In this document: piece after piece, positions 18,425 to 27,086 of the stretch | Layout: each line of letters opens with the position of its first letter | Position numbering within the stretch: position 1 is the first letter of the stretch | From: Acidobacteriota bacterium | Lineage (GTDB): Bacteria; Acidobacteriota; Vicinamibacteria; Marinacidobacterales; Marinacidobacteraceae | NCBI GenBank assembly: GCA_022822745.1 | Contig: JAJEAO010000114.1 | Location: forward strand, 69,613-133,612 | Length of the DNA: 64,000 bases | Direction of reading: 5' to 3' | The notes under the pieces: model-generated | What the model was told of the DNA's origin: nothing | Seen by the model: the letters and a program-made list of their open reading frames with translations, nothing else | Databases searched by the model: none | Program-made: the position numbers and the translations under genes

Positions 18425-20533
18425 ATGACCGAACCTGAACCCGCCGCCAACCGCGCACTCGATCTCAAGAGCGACGAGGGTCTCCGCGAGGCCTGTCGCC
18501 GCGCCGAAGCAGCAATGGACCCGGAGCGGATCCGCACACTGGCCGACTACCTGAAGCGCGTCCACGACTTTCCCGCCGAGGAACGCTCCTCGCTGGGGTT
18601 CCACGAACTCATCTGGCTGGACGAAACCATCTGGAAGCCGAGACCTGGACATGCCCCCGGTATGGAAGAGATCCTCTCGAGTATCGAGTTCCGGCAGTGG
18701 TTCGCGGACCAGATCGAGGCGCCTCTCGCGGGGTCCGAACCGGCTCACTGGGAGCAGGAGTTCCAGCGCCTGTTTCGGGAAGTTCGCGAGTACAGCGGGG
18801 TCGGGAGGAAGTGGAAACCAAAGCTGGTCGTGCTACGGGGCCTGGCCGCGATCTTCCCGCGCCACCTGAGCGGGGTTGCCCGGACTGGCCACGCTGCAGC
18901 ACTGGCCCGGAAAATGGGGATTTCGACGACCTCGGGAACCGCCGGCACGCGCATCGCCGGCAGACTGGACAAGGTGCTCGGCCCAGTGGGCGACGAGGAC
19001 TGGAAGTCCATCGCAACGCGCATGGAGCTCTCGATCGCTCTCTGGCGGAAGTACGTCCGTGATCCGCGCTACTGGCTCCTCGCCCTCGGTGAGAAGTCGC
19101 ATCGGTGGAAGTCGTGCAAACAGACGGGAGTAGCCACTCTGGGTTGGGACGTCGCCGGTGACCTCAGAAAGTATGCGACAAGGGACGACATTCCGCTGAA
19201 GTCCAATAGCTCGTTGGCCTGCTGGCAATTCTCCCGCGAGATGCAGCCAGGGGACGTCATCTTCGTCAAGCTCGGATCGAGGAGTGTGCTCGGGCACGGC
19301 ATCATCCAGTCGAACTACCGCTTCGAGGGAGAACGTCCGGATCACCGCAACGTGCGCGACGTAGAGTGGCGTTCCGACATGGGGCCCGAGGGGGCGAGGG
19401 TGGACTTCGGTCCTACCGAGATCGAGCAGTTCCCCTTGAAGACCCTGACGAATATCACGAGCTACAGGTTGATACAGCAACAGATTCGGCGCGCCCTCGG
19501 TGTCCTCCCCGGGCCGACTCCTCCGGACCCCAAGCGGCTGATCACGCCGGAGGTTCCCTCGCTACTGACTGTGGTCGAGGCCTTCGAGCGGCTGCGTGAG
19601 GCAGAGGAGCCCCTCAGATTTCCCGCCGAGCTGGTGGAGACACTCCACACCGGGCTGTGGACGGACGAGAGGCGGCACTTTGCGGTGCTCACCGGACTCT
19701 CGGGCGCAGGCAAGACGCGGCTCGCGCTCGAATACGCCAGGACGATCACTGCGGGCGACAGGGACGCCACAGTGACGATCACGGTGCAGCCCGGATGGCA
19801 CGACCCGGCGCACCTCCTCGGCCATGTGAACCCGTTGAATGCGGAGGAGTACTTTCGGACGCCGTTCCTGAACCTGCTGCTCCGCGCGAGGGACCGCCCG
19901 GCGACGCCGCATGTCGCGATTCTCGACGAGATGAACCTCTCCCATGTCGAGCAGTACCTGGCGCCGGTCCTGAGCGCCATGGAGACCGGGGATGCGCTCG
20001 CGCTCCACGAGTCGGACGAGATCACGGATGTCCCGAAGGAGCTTCCCTACCCCTCGAATCTGGTCCTGATCGGAACCGTGAACATGGACGAGACGACGGT
20101 CGGCATCTCGGACAAGGTGCTGGACCGGGCGTTCACGCTGGAGTTCTGGGACATCGAAGTCGAGGAGTGGGCCGGCTGGGACGGATGCAGACTGAACGAC
20201 AAGGACCGGGAGGTCGTCCGAGGCGTCCTCGACGACCTGATGGCGGCGCTGAAACCGGCGCGGCTCCACTTCGGTTGGCGGGTGATCCGGGAGGTCGCGC
20301 GCTTCGTCGAGCGCTCGATCTCGGATGAGATCGCCCGCGACAAGGCGCTCGACCGGGTCGTGTATGCCAAGGTGCTGCCGAAGCTGCGGGGCGACGACTC
20401 CGAACGCTTCCGGACGGCGCTCAAGGCATGCCGGAAGGCCCTCGAGAAGCACGGGCTGATGAAGTGCCGGAGCAAGGTGAAGGAGATGAAGTCCGACCTC
20501 GACGAGACCGGCAGCGTCCGCTTCTGGCGGTAG
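18425..20533 (+). CDS. mcrB: McrB-family AAA+ GTPase (type IV restriction, 5-methylcytosine-type) with N-terminal unknown domain + EVE/PUA-like domain
   Basis: Walker A LTGLSGAGKTRLA, Walker B VAILDEMN, and the McrB-specific block LIGTVNMDETTVGISDKVLDRAF (cf. IIGTMNTADRSLAVVDYALRRRF). Residues about 246-355 (RYWLLALGEKSHRW...GDVIFVKLGSRSVLGHGIIQSNYRFEGE...VEW) match the EVE fold. GGAGGA sits 5 nt upstream of ATG 18425. The first 114 codons of ORF 18083.. are artefact. Confidence 0.8.
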   Translation: MTEPEPAANRALDLKSDEGLREACRRAEAAMDPERIRTLADYLKRVHDFPAEERSSLGFHELIWLDETIWKPRPGHAPGMEEILSSIEFRQWFADQIEAPLAGSEPAHWEQEFQRLFREVREYSGVGRKWKPKLVVLRGLAAIFPRHLSGVARTGHAAALARKMGISTTSGTAGTRIAGRLDKVLGPVGDEDWKSIATRMELSIALWRKYVRDPRYWLLALGEKSHRWKSCKQTGVATLGWDVAGDLRKYATRDDIPLKSNSSLACWQFSREMQPGDVIFVKLGSRSVLGHGIIQSNYRFEGERPDHRNVRDVEWRSDMGPEGARVDFGPTEIEQFPLKTLTNITSYRLIQQQIRRALGVLPGPTPPDPKRLITPEVPSLLTVVEAFERLREAEEPLRFPAELVETLHTGLWTDERRHFAVLTGLSGAGKTRLALEYARTITAGDRDATVTITVQPGWHDPAHLLGHVNPLNAEEYFRTPFLNLLLRARDRPATPHVAILDEMNLSHVEQYLAPVLSAMETGDALALHESDEITDVPKELPYPSNLVLIGTVNMDETTVGISDKVLDRAFTLEFWDIEVEEWAGWDGCRLNDKDREVVRGVLDDLMAALKPARLHFGWRVIREVARFVERSISDEIARDKALDRVVYAKVLPKLRGDDSERFRTALKACRKALEKHGLMKCRSKVKEMKSDLDETGSVRFWR

Positions 20534-20544
20534 GAGGCGCGAAC

Positions 20545-22149
20545 ATGGGCGCCGCCGACCTGGGGCTTCGGGTCGGCCCCGCGGGCGGAGAACTCCGGCC
20601 GCTGACCGGCGAAAAGCCCATCACCGGATTCACCGAGCTCCGTGCAGTCGGCTTCGAGGCACCTTCGGAACTCGAGGGCGACCTCTACGTGGACGACGTG
20701 AAGATGGAGCGAACCCACTCCAGCTGGACCTGGACACCGGGGTTCTACGCCGGCGAAGTCCGCTGCGAGTTCGTCTCCTGCCGCGGTCATTCGCTCGGGC
20801 GATACTGGCTCGATGTCAGTCCCGATCCTTCGAAGCTGGGTCGGGATCTCTTCCATCAGATGCTCGGCGAGATCGCGGATTTCCACCCCGGTCTCCTCGA
20901 AGGCGCCGGGCCGGCGCGCCACACCCTCGGTCCGCTTCGCCGCGATGCGAACCCGACGATCGAATTCGTCCGGCTGCGCCGCCGGACGGGCCGGATCCAA
21001 CGGGCGCTCGCCGAAATCCGGGCGCATCCCATCCGCGGCCTGCGGGACCGGCGCGATCTGGTCCCTCCGCGGCATATGCGGCGCGCCGACCACCGCACAG
21101 TGCGCCTGGCCCTGCGCCGCCGCGCGGCCCGCTCCCTCCTCCTGGACCGAGGATCGGCCAGCCCCGAGCGCGTCCGGTTCGACGTACCCTCGGTGGAACA
21201 CACGCTCGACGCCCCCGCGAACCGGGTGGCGCTGGCGATGCTCCTCGCGCTCATGAGGCGATGCCGGGAAGTCTCCGAGGGGCTCGCCGGGCGCGCGCCG
21301 GAGGATGCGAACCACCACGAGTCGCCCGACTCGGAGCGGAGCCACGAGCGGGCGCGGGCGGAGCGCTGGATCACGATTCTCGATTTGTTCCGGCGCGACC
21401 TCGATCTCATCCGGAGGAAGACGCCGTTCTCGGCCGTCCGCCGGCCGGGGCTCTCCGCCGCGGGGTTGAACGCGGTCTCGGCGCACCCGCTCTACGCCCG
21501 CTTCTACCGGCTGGCGTGGGAGGCCCTGCGCCGCGGTCTCGGTGACTCGCCGGAGGATCCACTGCCGCTGAGCCCAACCTGGGGCCTCTACGAACGCTGG
21601 TGTCTCGCCGCGGTGGCGCGCTGGCTGGGCCATTGGCGAACCGACCTCGGCGGGTGGAGGAAAGCACGGGGCGACCGCTGGCGCAGCCGTTCCGAGGACG
21701 GAGACCTCGACCTGACCCTGACGCTCCAGGCAGCCGCGCCCGGCCCCGACGAGAGTGTTAAAGGGCCGGGGGGCGGAGGACTGTGGTCCGTCTCGAAGCT
21801 GATGCAGCCAGATCTCGTGCTCGAATGGAGGCGCCGCGACGGACGCCGTGGATTCCTTGTCCTCGACGCAAAGTACCGCTCTGGAAGGGACAACATCCTG
21901 AAGGGGATGAAGGAGTCGGCACACGTTTATCAGGACGCCCTGCGGATGGGCGCCCGCCGTCCCGCCGCGACGCTGCTCCTCGTGCCTGACGCCTCCAACG
22001 TGCACTGGCTCGCCGAGGAGGAGTTCGTCCGCGAGCACCGGGTCGGGGCCATCCCGCTTCGCCCCGGGACCGATCCTCCCCCGTGGTTCGGCTCGTTCCT
22101 CGCCGACGCAGTGCGTCGCCACTCGACCCACCAGCACGGAAAGATGTGA
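20545..22149 (+). CDS. mcrC: McrC-family PD-(D/E)xK endonuclease subunit
   Basis: C-terminal nuclease core ...QPDLVLEWRRRDGRRGFLVLDAKYR (D...(D/E)xK). It lies directly downstream of mcrB with GGAGG 7 nt before ATG 20545. Confidence 0.7.
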   Translation: MGAADLGLRVGPAGGELRPLTGEKPITGFTELRAVGFEAPSELEGDLYVDDVKMERTHSSWTWTPGFYAGEVRCEFVSCRGHSLGRYWLDVSPDPSKLGRDLFHQMLGEIADFHPGLLEGAGPARHTLGPLRRDANPTIEFVRLRRRTGRIQRALAEIRAHPIRGLRDRRDLVPPRHMRRADHRTVRLALRRRAARSLLLDRGSASPERVRFDVPSVEHTLDAPANRVALAMLLALMRRCREVSEGLAGRAPEDANHHESPDSERSHERARAERWITILDLFRRDLDLIRRKTPFSAVRRPGLSAAGLNAVSAHPLYARFYRLAWEALRRGLGDSPEDPLPLSPTWGLYERWCLAAVARWLGHWRTDLGGWRKARGDRWRSRSEDGDLDLTLTLQAAAPGPDESVKGPGGGGLWSVSKLMQPDLVLEWRRRDGRRGFLVLDAKYRSGRDNILKGMKESAHVYQDALRMGARRPAATLLLVPDASNVHWLAEEEFVREHRVGAIPLRPGTDPPPWFGSFLADAVRRHSTHQHGKM

Positions 22150-22745
22150 TGTCAAGGTTCTCCGTGATTCCCGGAAATCTGGATGCCAGCGCCATGGAGG
22201 CGATCTCGCCCGCGGCGCTCGCCGCGTACGCGCGCAGGTTGGGTTGGCGCAAGATGGAGCCGTACGGAGACACATCGGATGTGTACGTCCATGACGCGAA
22301 ACCGGAGATCCTCATCCCCCGCACGCAGCGTCTCGCCGACTACGCACGGGTGGTGGCCGCACTCATCGAGGCCTTCGCCGACGAGACCGGCCACGACGTG
22401 TCTTCGGTCCATCGGATGCTCGCGGCAACCGACCCGGACGCGGTGTCCTCTGTGCTTCGGCCGGATGTGCGCCTTCGCGGCTTCGTCAACCGACTGAAGC
22501 GATCGGAAGAGGAGCGAACCGGCACGATCGGCCTGCGAACCATCGTGGACGGGCGGCATCGGTCGGTTCAGGTCGTGCTCCCGCAAGCGGACTACGAGCG
22601 CGCAGCGGAAGCGCACAAGGCGCGCGCCATGGTGGAGATGCGAGGCGACCTGGAACAGTTCGGCCAGCGCTGGCGCCTGCTGAACCCGCGGCTCACCGAC
22701 GTGATCCGGAGCGACGAAGCCGACGATCCGGCGGACGCCGCGTAG
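22149..22745 (+). CDS. hypothetical protein (198 aa), translationally coupled to mcrC (TGATG overlap); third gene of the McrBC-like operon
   Basis: ATG 22149..22151 overlaps the mcrC TGA 22147..22149. Soluble, acidic C-terminus, no recognisable motif. Confidence 0.55.
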   Translation: MSRFSVIPGNLDASAMEAISPAALAAYARRLGWRKMEPYGDTSDVYVHDAKPEILIPRTQRLADYARVVAALIEAFADETGHDVSSVHRMLAATDPDAVSSVLRPDVRLRGFVNRLKRSEEERTGTIGLRTIVDGRHRSVQVVLPQADYERAAEAHKARAMVEMRGDLEQFGQRWRLLNPRLTDVIRSDEADDPADAA

Positions 22746-22802
22746 GATTCCCCCGGCCGCCGGGTCCGCCGGCGGAGCGACCCGACTCCCGGAGGGGAAC
22801 CC

Positions 22803-23930
22803 ATGAAGTTCGAACCGTTCGTGATGGAGCGCTGCCTGTGCCGGTGGGAGAACACCGTGGACTGGAACATCTCCGAGAGTGGGGTCCATCCGATGACGCT
22901 CGCCGAGCTGGCGGGGGATGTGGACCTCGGTGACACGCTGCTCGGCTACACCCAGAGCAACGGGACGATCCCCCTCCGGGAGCGGATCGCGGCGCTCTAC
23001 CCCGGCTCGACCGTGGACCAGATCCTGGTGACGACCGGGACGGCCGAGGCCAACTTCCTCTCGGCGCTGACGACCCTGTCACCCGGCGACGAGGTCGTGG
23101 CGATGGTCCCGAACTACATGCAGCTCATCGGCGCCTGCCGTTCGCTGGGGGCGCGGGTCATCCCGTTCCCCCTGGTGGAAGCCGACGGCTGGCGGCCGGA
23201 TCTGGACGCCCTCGAGGCGGCGGTGAGCCCCCGGACCCGCATGATCGCGATCTGCAACCCGAACAACCCGAGCGGCGCGGTCCTCACCGAGGACGAAATG
23301 AACCGCATCGTGGAAGTCGCCGAGCGGTCCGGGGCATGGCTCCTCTCCGACGAGGTGTATCGCGGGGCCGAGGTCTCCGGCGAGGAGTGCCCCACCTTCT
23401 GGGGACGCACCTCGAAGATCCTGCTGAACGCCGGGCTGTCGAAGGCGTTCGGGTTGCCCGGACTCCGCGTCGGCTGGACGGTGACCACGGAGGCGAAAGC
23501 GACGGAGCTCTGGGGGCACCGGGACTACAGCAGCCTGGCGCTCAGCGCGATGTCCGACCGGCTCGCGCAGATCGCGCTGGACAAGCGTCCGCAGATCCTG
23601 GAGCGCACCCGGAGCATCATCCGACGGCAGCTCCCGATCGTGGAGCGCTGGATCGCGTCGCACGCAGGCCATCCGGTGCGGCTCCGCTGGACCCGGCCGC
23701 TCGCGGGCGCGATCGCGGCGGTGCGCTATGACCATCCGATCCGGTCCGAGGATCTCATCGAGCGCCTGCGGATCGAGCGGAGTCTGCTGGTCGTGCCCGC
23801 GCAGCACTTCGAGATGGACGGCTTCCTGCGGATCGGCTTCGGGGCGGAGCCGCACGTGCTGGAGACGGCTCTCTCGATCATCAGCGAGACGCTGGCCGAG
23901 GTGGCGCAGGAGACGGCCGTCGCGGCGTAG
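22803..23930 (+). CDS. pyridoxal-phosphate-dependent aminotransferase, class I/II
   Basis: PLP-lysine block LNAGLSKAFGLPGLRVGW plus the N-terminal aminotransferase fold; 375 aa. Confidence 0.8.
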   Translation: MKFEPFVMERCLCRWENTVDWNISESGVHPMTLAELAGDVDLGDTLLGYTQSNGTIPLRERIAALYPGSTVDQILVTTGTAEANFLSALTTLSPGDEVVAMVPNYMQLIGACRSLGARVIPFPLVEADGWRPDLDALEAAVSPRTRMIAICNPNNPSGAVLTEDEMNRIVEVAERSGAWLLSDEVYRGAEVSGEECPTFWGRTSKILLNAGLSKAFGLPGLRVGWTVTTEAKATELWGHRDYSSLALSAMSDRLAQIALDKRPQILERTRSIIRRQLPIVERWIASHAGHPVRLRWTRPLAGAIAAVRYDHPIRSEDLIERLRIERSLLVVPAQHFEMDGFLRIGFGAEPHVLETALSIISETLAEVAQETAVAA

Positions 23931-23940
23931 CCTGTGGAGC

Positions 23941-23958
23941 GCCGGACTCGAGTCCGGC
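23941..23958 (+). terminator. GC-rich perfect hairpin gccggac-tcga-gtccggc, 11 nt after the aminotransferase stop (no U-tract)
   Basis: Seen directly in the sequence; convergent gene arrangement with gltA. Confidence 0.3.
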
Positions 23959-23989
23959 ACGGGAAGACCTGCAGCGCCGGGGGTTGCGG

Positions 23990-24245
23990 AATTGCCGCAC
24001 CCCTACCGGGAGAACCGGTGGAGGGCGGCGCTTCATGGAGAGCGGCGTTCCATGGAGAAGCGGCGTTCCGTGGGCGCACCGGAGACGCGACGGCTGGAGT
24101 GGGACGCGGTGCCGCTCTGGAGAGCGGCGCTCCATAGCAGAGCGGCGCTCCATACACGCCGGTTGGATGGGGCGCGGTGCCGCTCTGGAGAGCGGCGCTC
24201 CATAGCGGAGCGGCGCTACACAGGAAGAGCGGCGCTACACAGGAG
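23990..24245. repeat. REP-like repeat array, copy B: two copies of motif M2 (gcggtgccgctctggagagcggcgctccata at 24106..24136 and 24174..24204) plus about 5 degenerate 16-19-nt half-units (gagcggcg[c/t]t[c/a]ca...)
   Basis: Tandem and interspersed sub-repeats were read directly. M2 also occurs at 54890..54920 and 61977..62007. Confidence 0.65.
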
Positions 24246-24247
24246 AG

Positions 24248-25558
24248 CTACGCGGGGACGGGGCGCTTGGCGGGGCCGAGGTAGATCTGCTTCGGGCGGG
24301 CGATCTTCTGCTCGCGGTCGCCGAGCATCTCGTCCCACTGGGCCAGCCAGCCGGACATGCGGGGCACCGCGAAGAGGACGGGGAACAGGCCGACCGGGAA
24401 GCCCAGCGCCTCGTAGATGATCCCGGAGTAGAAGTCCACGTTCGGGTAGAGCCGCCGTTTCACGAAGTACTCCTCGCCGAGCGCGATCCGCTCCAGTTCG
24501 AGCGCGATGTCGATCTTGGGGTTCTTCCCGGTGACCTCGAACACCTCGTAGGCCGTCCTCTTGATGATCCGGGCGCGCGGGTCGTAGCTCTTGTACACCC
24601 GGTGGCCGAACCCCATGAGCCGCCGCTCCCCGCGGCGCACCGAGTCCATGAAGGCGGGAATCCCCTCGATGGAGCCGATCTCGTCGAGCATCCGCAGCAC
24701 CGCCTCGTTCGCGCCCCCGTGGAGAGGGCCGTAGAGCGCGGCGGCCGCGGCGGCGGCCGAGGAGTAGGGGTCGGCGTGGGAGCTGCCCACGCCCCGCATC
24801 GCCGAGGTGGAGCAGTTCTGCTCATGGTCGGCGTGGAGAACGAACAGGACATCCATGGCCCGCTCCAGCACCGGATCCGGCTTGTAGCCCGATCCCTCGC
24901 CACCAAACACCATGTTCAGGAAGTTCGCCGGGAGGCTCAGATCCTCGCGGGGCGGGACGACCGAAAGGCCGCGGCCGTGGCGGTACGCCATCGCCGCCAG
25001 CGTCGGCGCGGCCGCGATCAGCCGCCGGACGTGCTCGGCCCGAACGGCGGGATCCGCGACCGCCTTGGACTCGGGGTGCATCGCGCCGAGGCCGGCGAGG
25101 AGGGCGATGAAGATGGCCATCGGGTGGCCATCGGCGCGGAACCCCTCCAGCATGCGCGGGAGCGGGTCGGGAACCCCGGCGCGGGCGGCGATTTCGGCCG
25201 CCCACACCCGGCTCTCGTCTGGGGTCGGCAGCTCGCCGTTCAGGATCAGCCAGGCGGTGTCGAGGTAGCTGGTCGTCCCCGCAAGCTCCTCGATCGGGTA
25301 GCCCCGGTACTCGAGGATCCCGCGGTCGCCGTCTATGTAGGTGATGCGGCTGATGCAGTTCGCCGTGTTCTTGAACGCCGGGTCGTAGGTCGCGAGCCCC
25401 GGATCGTCCTCGCCGGCGCGGACCTGCCCCAGCGCGGTGGCGCGGACCGTCCCGTGTTCGACGGGCAGCTCGTAGTCGTGGCCGGTCCTCGGATCGCTGA
25501 CGCGCAGCGAGAAGGAGCCGGGGAGTTCAGGGGTGTCGGATTCCGTGTTGACAGGCAA
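24248..25558 (-). CDS. gltA: citrate synthase (type II, GltA)
   Basis: Strong citrate synthase similarity including ...GFGHRVYKSYDPRA... and ...LHADHEQN...; 436 aa. Confidence 0.9.
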   Translation of the reverse strand: MPVNTESDTPELPGSFSLRVSDPRTGHDYELPVEHGTVRATALGQVRAGEDDPGLATYDPAFKNTANCISRITYIDGDRGILEYRGYPIEELAGTTSYLDTAWLILNGELPTPDESRVWAAEIAARAGVPDPLPRMLEGFRADGHPMAIFIALLAGLGAMHPESKAVADPAVRAEHVRRLIAAAPTLAAMAYRHGRGLSVVPPREDLSLPANFLNMVFGGEGSGYKPDPVLERAMDVLFVLHADHEQNCSTSAMRGVGSSHADPYSSAAAAAAALYGPLHGGANEAVLRMLDEIGSIEGIPAFMDSVRRGERRLMGFGHRVYKSYDPRARIIKRTAYEVFEVTGKNPKIDIALELERIALGEEYFVKRRLYPNVDFYSGIIYEALGFPVGLFPVLFAVPRMSGWLAQWDEMLGDREQKIARPKQIYLGPAKRPVPA

Positions 25559-25715
25559 AGCGCCTGAATTGTACGGAAATCGGGGCTCTTTCCCTATCGC
25601 CCATTGCCGCGGAGCGCTCCCTCGCCGCCGCGAGCGGCCGAGACCGCTGGCCCGTAGCCCGCGCGATCGGCGAACATTGCCGCTGCCGCACAGTCACCAC
25701 AGGAGGGCCTCGACG

Positions 25716-26876
25716 ATGGCGAGCCGGACGAGAACCTGCGAGGTCGCCATCGTGGGAGGAGGCGTCATGGGCGCTTCCATCGCCGCCCACCTCGCCGAGC
25801 GCCGGGTGGGGCGGGTCGTGGTCTTCGAACGCGAGGACGAACTGGGGACGGGTTCGACCTCCAAGGCGGCGGGGGGCGTGCGCCTCCAGTTCACGACCCG
25901 CGCCAACGTGGAGCTCTCGCGCTACAGCATCGAGGAGATCGGACGGTTCCGGGATCGGACCGGCGTGGACGCCGACTTCGACCGGTGCGGCTATCTCTTC
26001 CTGCTTGACTCGGAGGACGACCTCGAGCAGTTCGCCGAGACGGCGAAACTCCAGCGCGCCCTGGGCGCTCCCGTGGAGGTGATCTCCGTGGCCGAGGCGG
26101 AGCGGCGCCTGCCCGGGATCGAGACCGGGGACCTGGTCGGGGCGACCTTCTGCGCCGCGGATGGCGTCGCCACCCCGGCGGCGCTCGTCGCCGGGTACGC
26201 GGCGCTGGCGCGACGGGGCGGCGTCGAGCTGCGGCGCGGCGCCGAGGTCACGGCGGCGGCGGAACGCCCCGACGGCGGGTTCCGGTTCACCGCCGGGGGC
26301 GAGGCGTGGGAGTCGGAATGGCTCGTGAACGCGGCGGGTCCATGGGCTCGCGGCGTGGGCGCCCTGTTCGGTGTGGAGATCCCGGTGGAGCCGGTCCGCC
26401 GGCAGTTCTTCACGACGGAGCCGGTGAGTTTCCTGCCGGAGTCCATGCCGCTCACGATCGACTGGGGCACGGGGGTCTATCTCCACCGGCACAGCGGCGG
26501 CGTTCTGTGCGGCGCCGCCGACCCCGACGAGCCTCCGGGGTTCTCGCAGACGCCGGACCTCGACTTCCTCGGCGGGGTCTGGGAACGGGGCGCCCACCGC
26601 TACCCGCCACTCGCCGACGCCGCGCTGAAGACCCTGAACGCGGGGCTCTACGCCGTTTCGCCGGACCACAACGCGATCCTGGGGCCGGTCCCGGAGCTGC
26701 CCCGGTTCCTCGTGGCGGGCGGGTTCTCGGGCCACGGCATGCAGCACGCCCCCGCCGTGGGACGGGCTCTCTCCGAGGTCATCGCCGACGGGGAGTCCCG
26801 CACTCTCGACATCACGGCGTTCGCGATGGAGCGCTTCGCCACCGACCAGGCGGCCCCGGAGCGCCGGGTCATATGA
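25716..26876 (+). CDS. FAD-dependent oxidoreductase (DAO family; glycine/sarcosine-oxidase-like)
   Basis: N-terminal dinucleotide-binding motif VAIVGGGVMGASIAAHLA. Start chosen at internal Met 25716 because the upstream 61 codons of ORF 25533.. overlap the gltA promoter region. Confidence 0.75.
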   Translation: MASRTRTCEVAIVGGGVMGASIAAHLAERRVGRVVVFEREDELGTGSTSKAAGGVRLQFTTRANVELSRYSIEEIGRFRDRTGVDADFDRCGYLFLLDSEDDLEQFAETAKLQRALGAPVEVISVAEAERRLPGIETGDLVGATFCAADGVATPAALVAGYAALARRGGVELRRGAEVTAAAERPDGGFRFTAGGEAWESEWLVNAAGPWARGVGALFGVEIPVEPVRRQFFTTEPVSFLPESMPLTIDWGTGVYLHRHSGGVLCGAADPDEPPGFSQTPDLDFLGGVWERGAHRYPPLADAALKTLNAGLYAVSPDHNAILGPVPELPRFLVAGGFSGHGMQHAPAVGRALSEVIADGESRTLDITAFAMERFATDQAAPERRVI

Positions 26877-26947
26877 ACCCGGGCGCCCCGCCGAACGCTC
26901 GCCGGGCGCTCCGGCTGGTCAGGGCGTCGGGCCGGGACGCGTCCGGG

Positions 26948-27022
26948 TGGTGCGCGGTACAGGGTTCGAACCTGTGACTCCCTGCGTGTAAGGCAGGTGC
27001 TCTACCGCTGAGCTAACCGCGC
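26948..27022 (-). tRNA. tRNA-Val (anticodon TAC), CCA encoded
   Basis: Manual fold: acceptor GCGCGGT/ACCGCGC, D-arm GCTC-AGCGGTA-GAGC, anticodon arm CCTGC-CTTACAC-GCAGG, T-arm ACAGG-TTCGAAC-CCTGT, then ACCA. Confidence 0.9.
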
Positions 27023-27086
27023 TCCGGACGGGGGCATTGTCTCGCCGGCCGGAACCGGGCCGGCGAACGGGCCGTATGGAACGGTC

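Noticed and set aside
23990-24245. Possible CRISPR array in the tandem-repeat region B
   Set aside because: Units are 16-31 nt, heterogeneous and directly adjacent without unique spacers; there are no cas genes. It fits REP/BIME-like repeats, not CRISPR.
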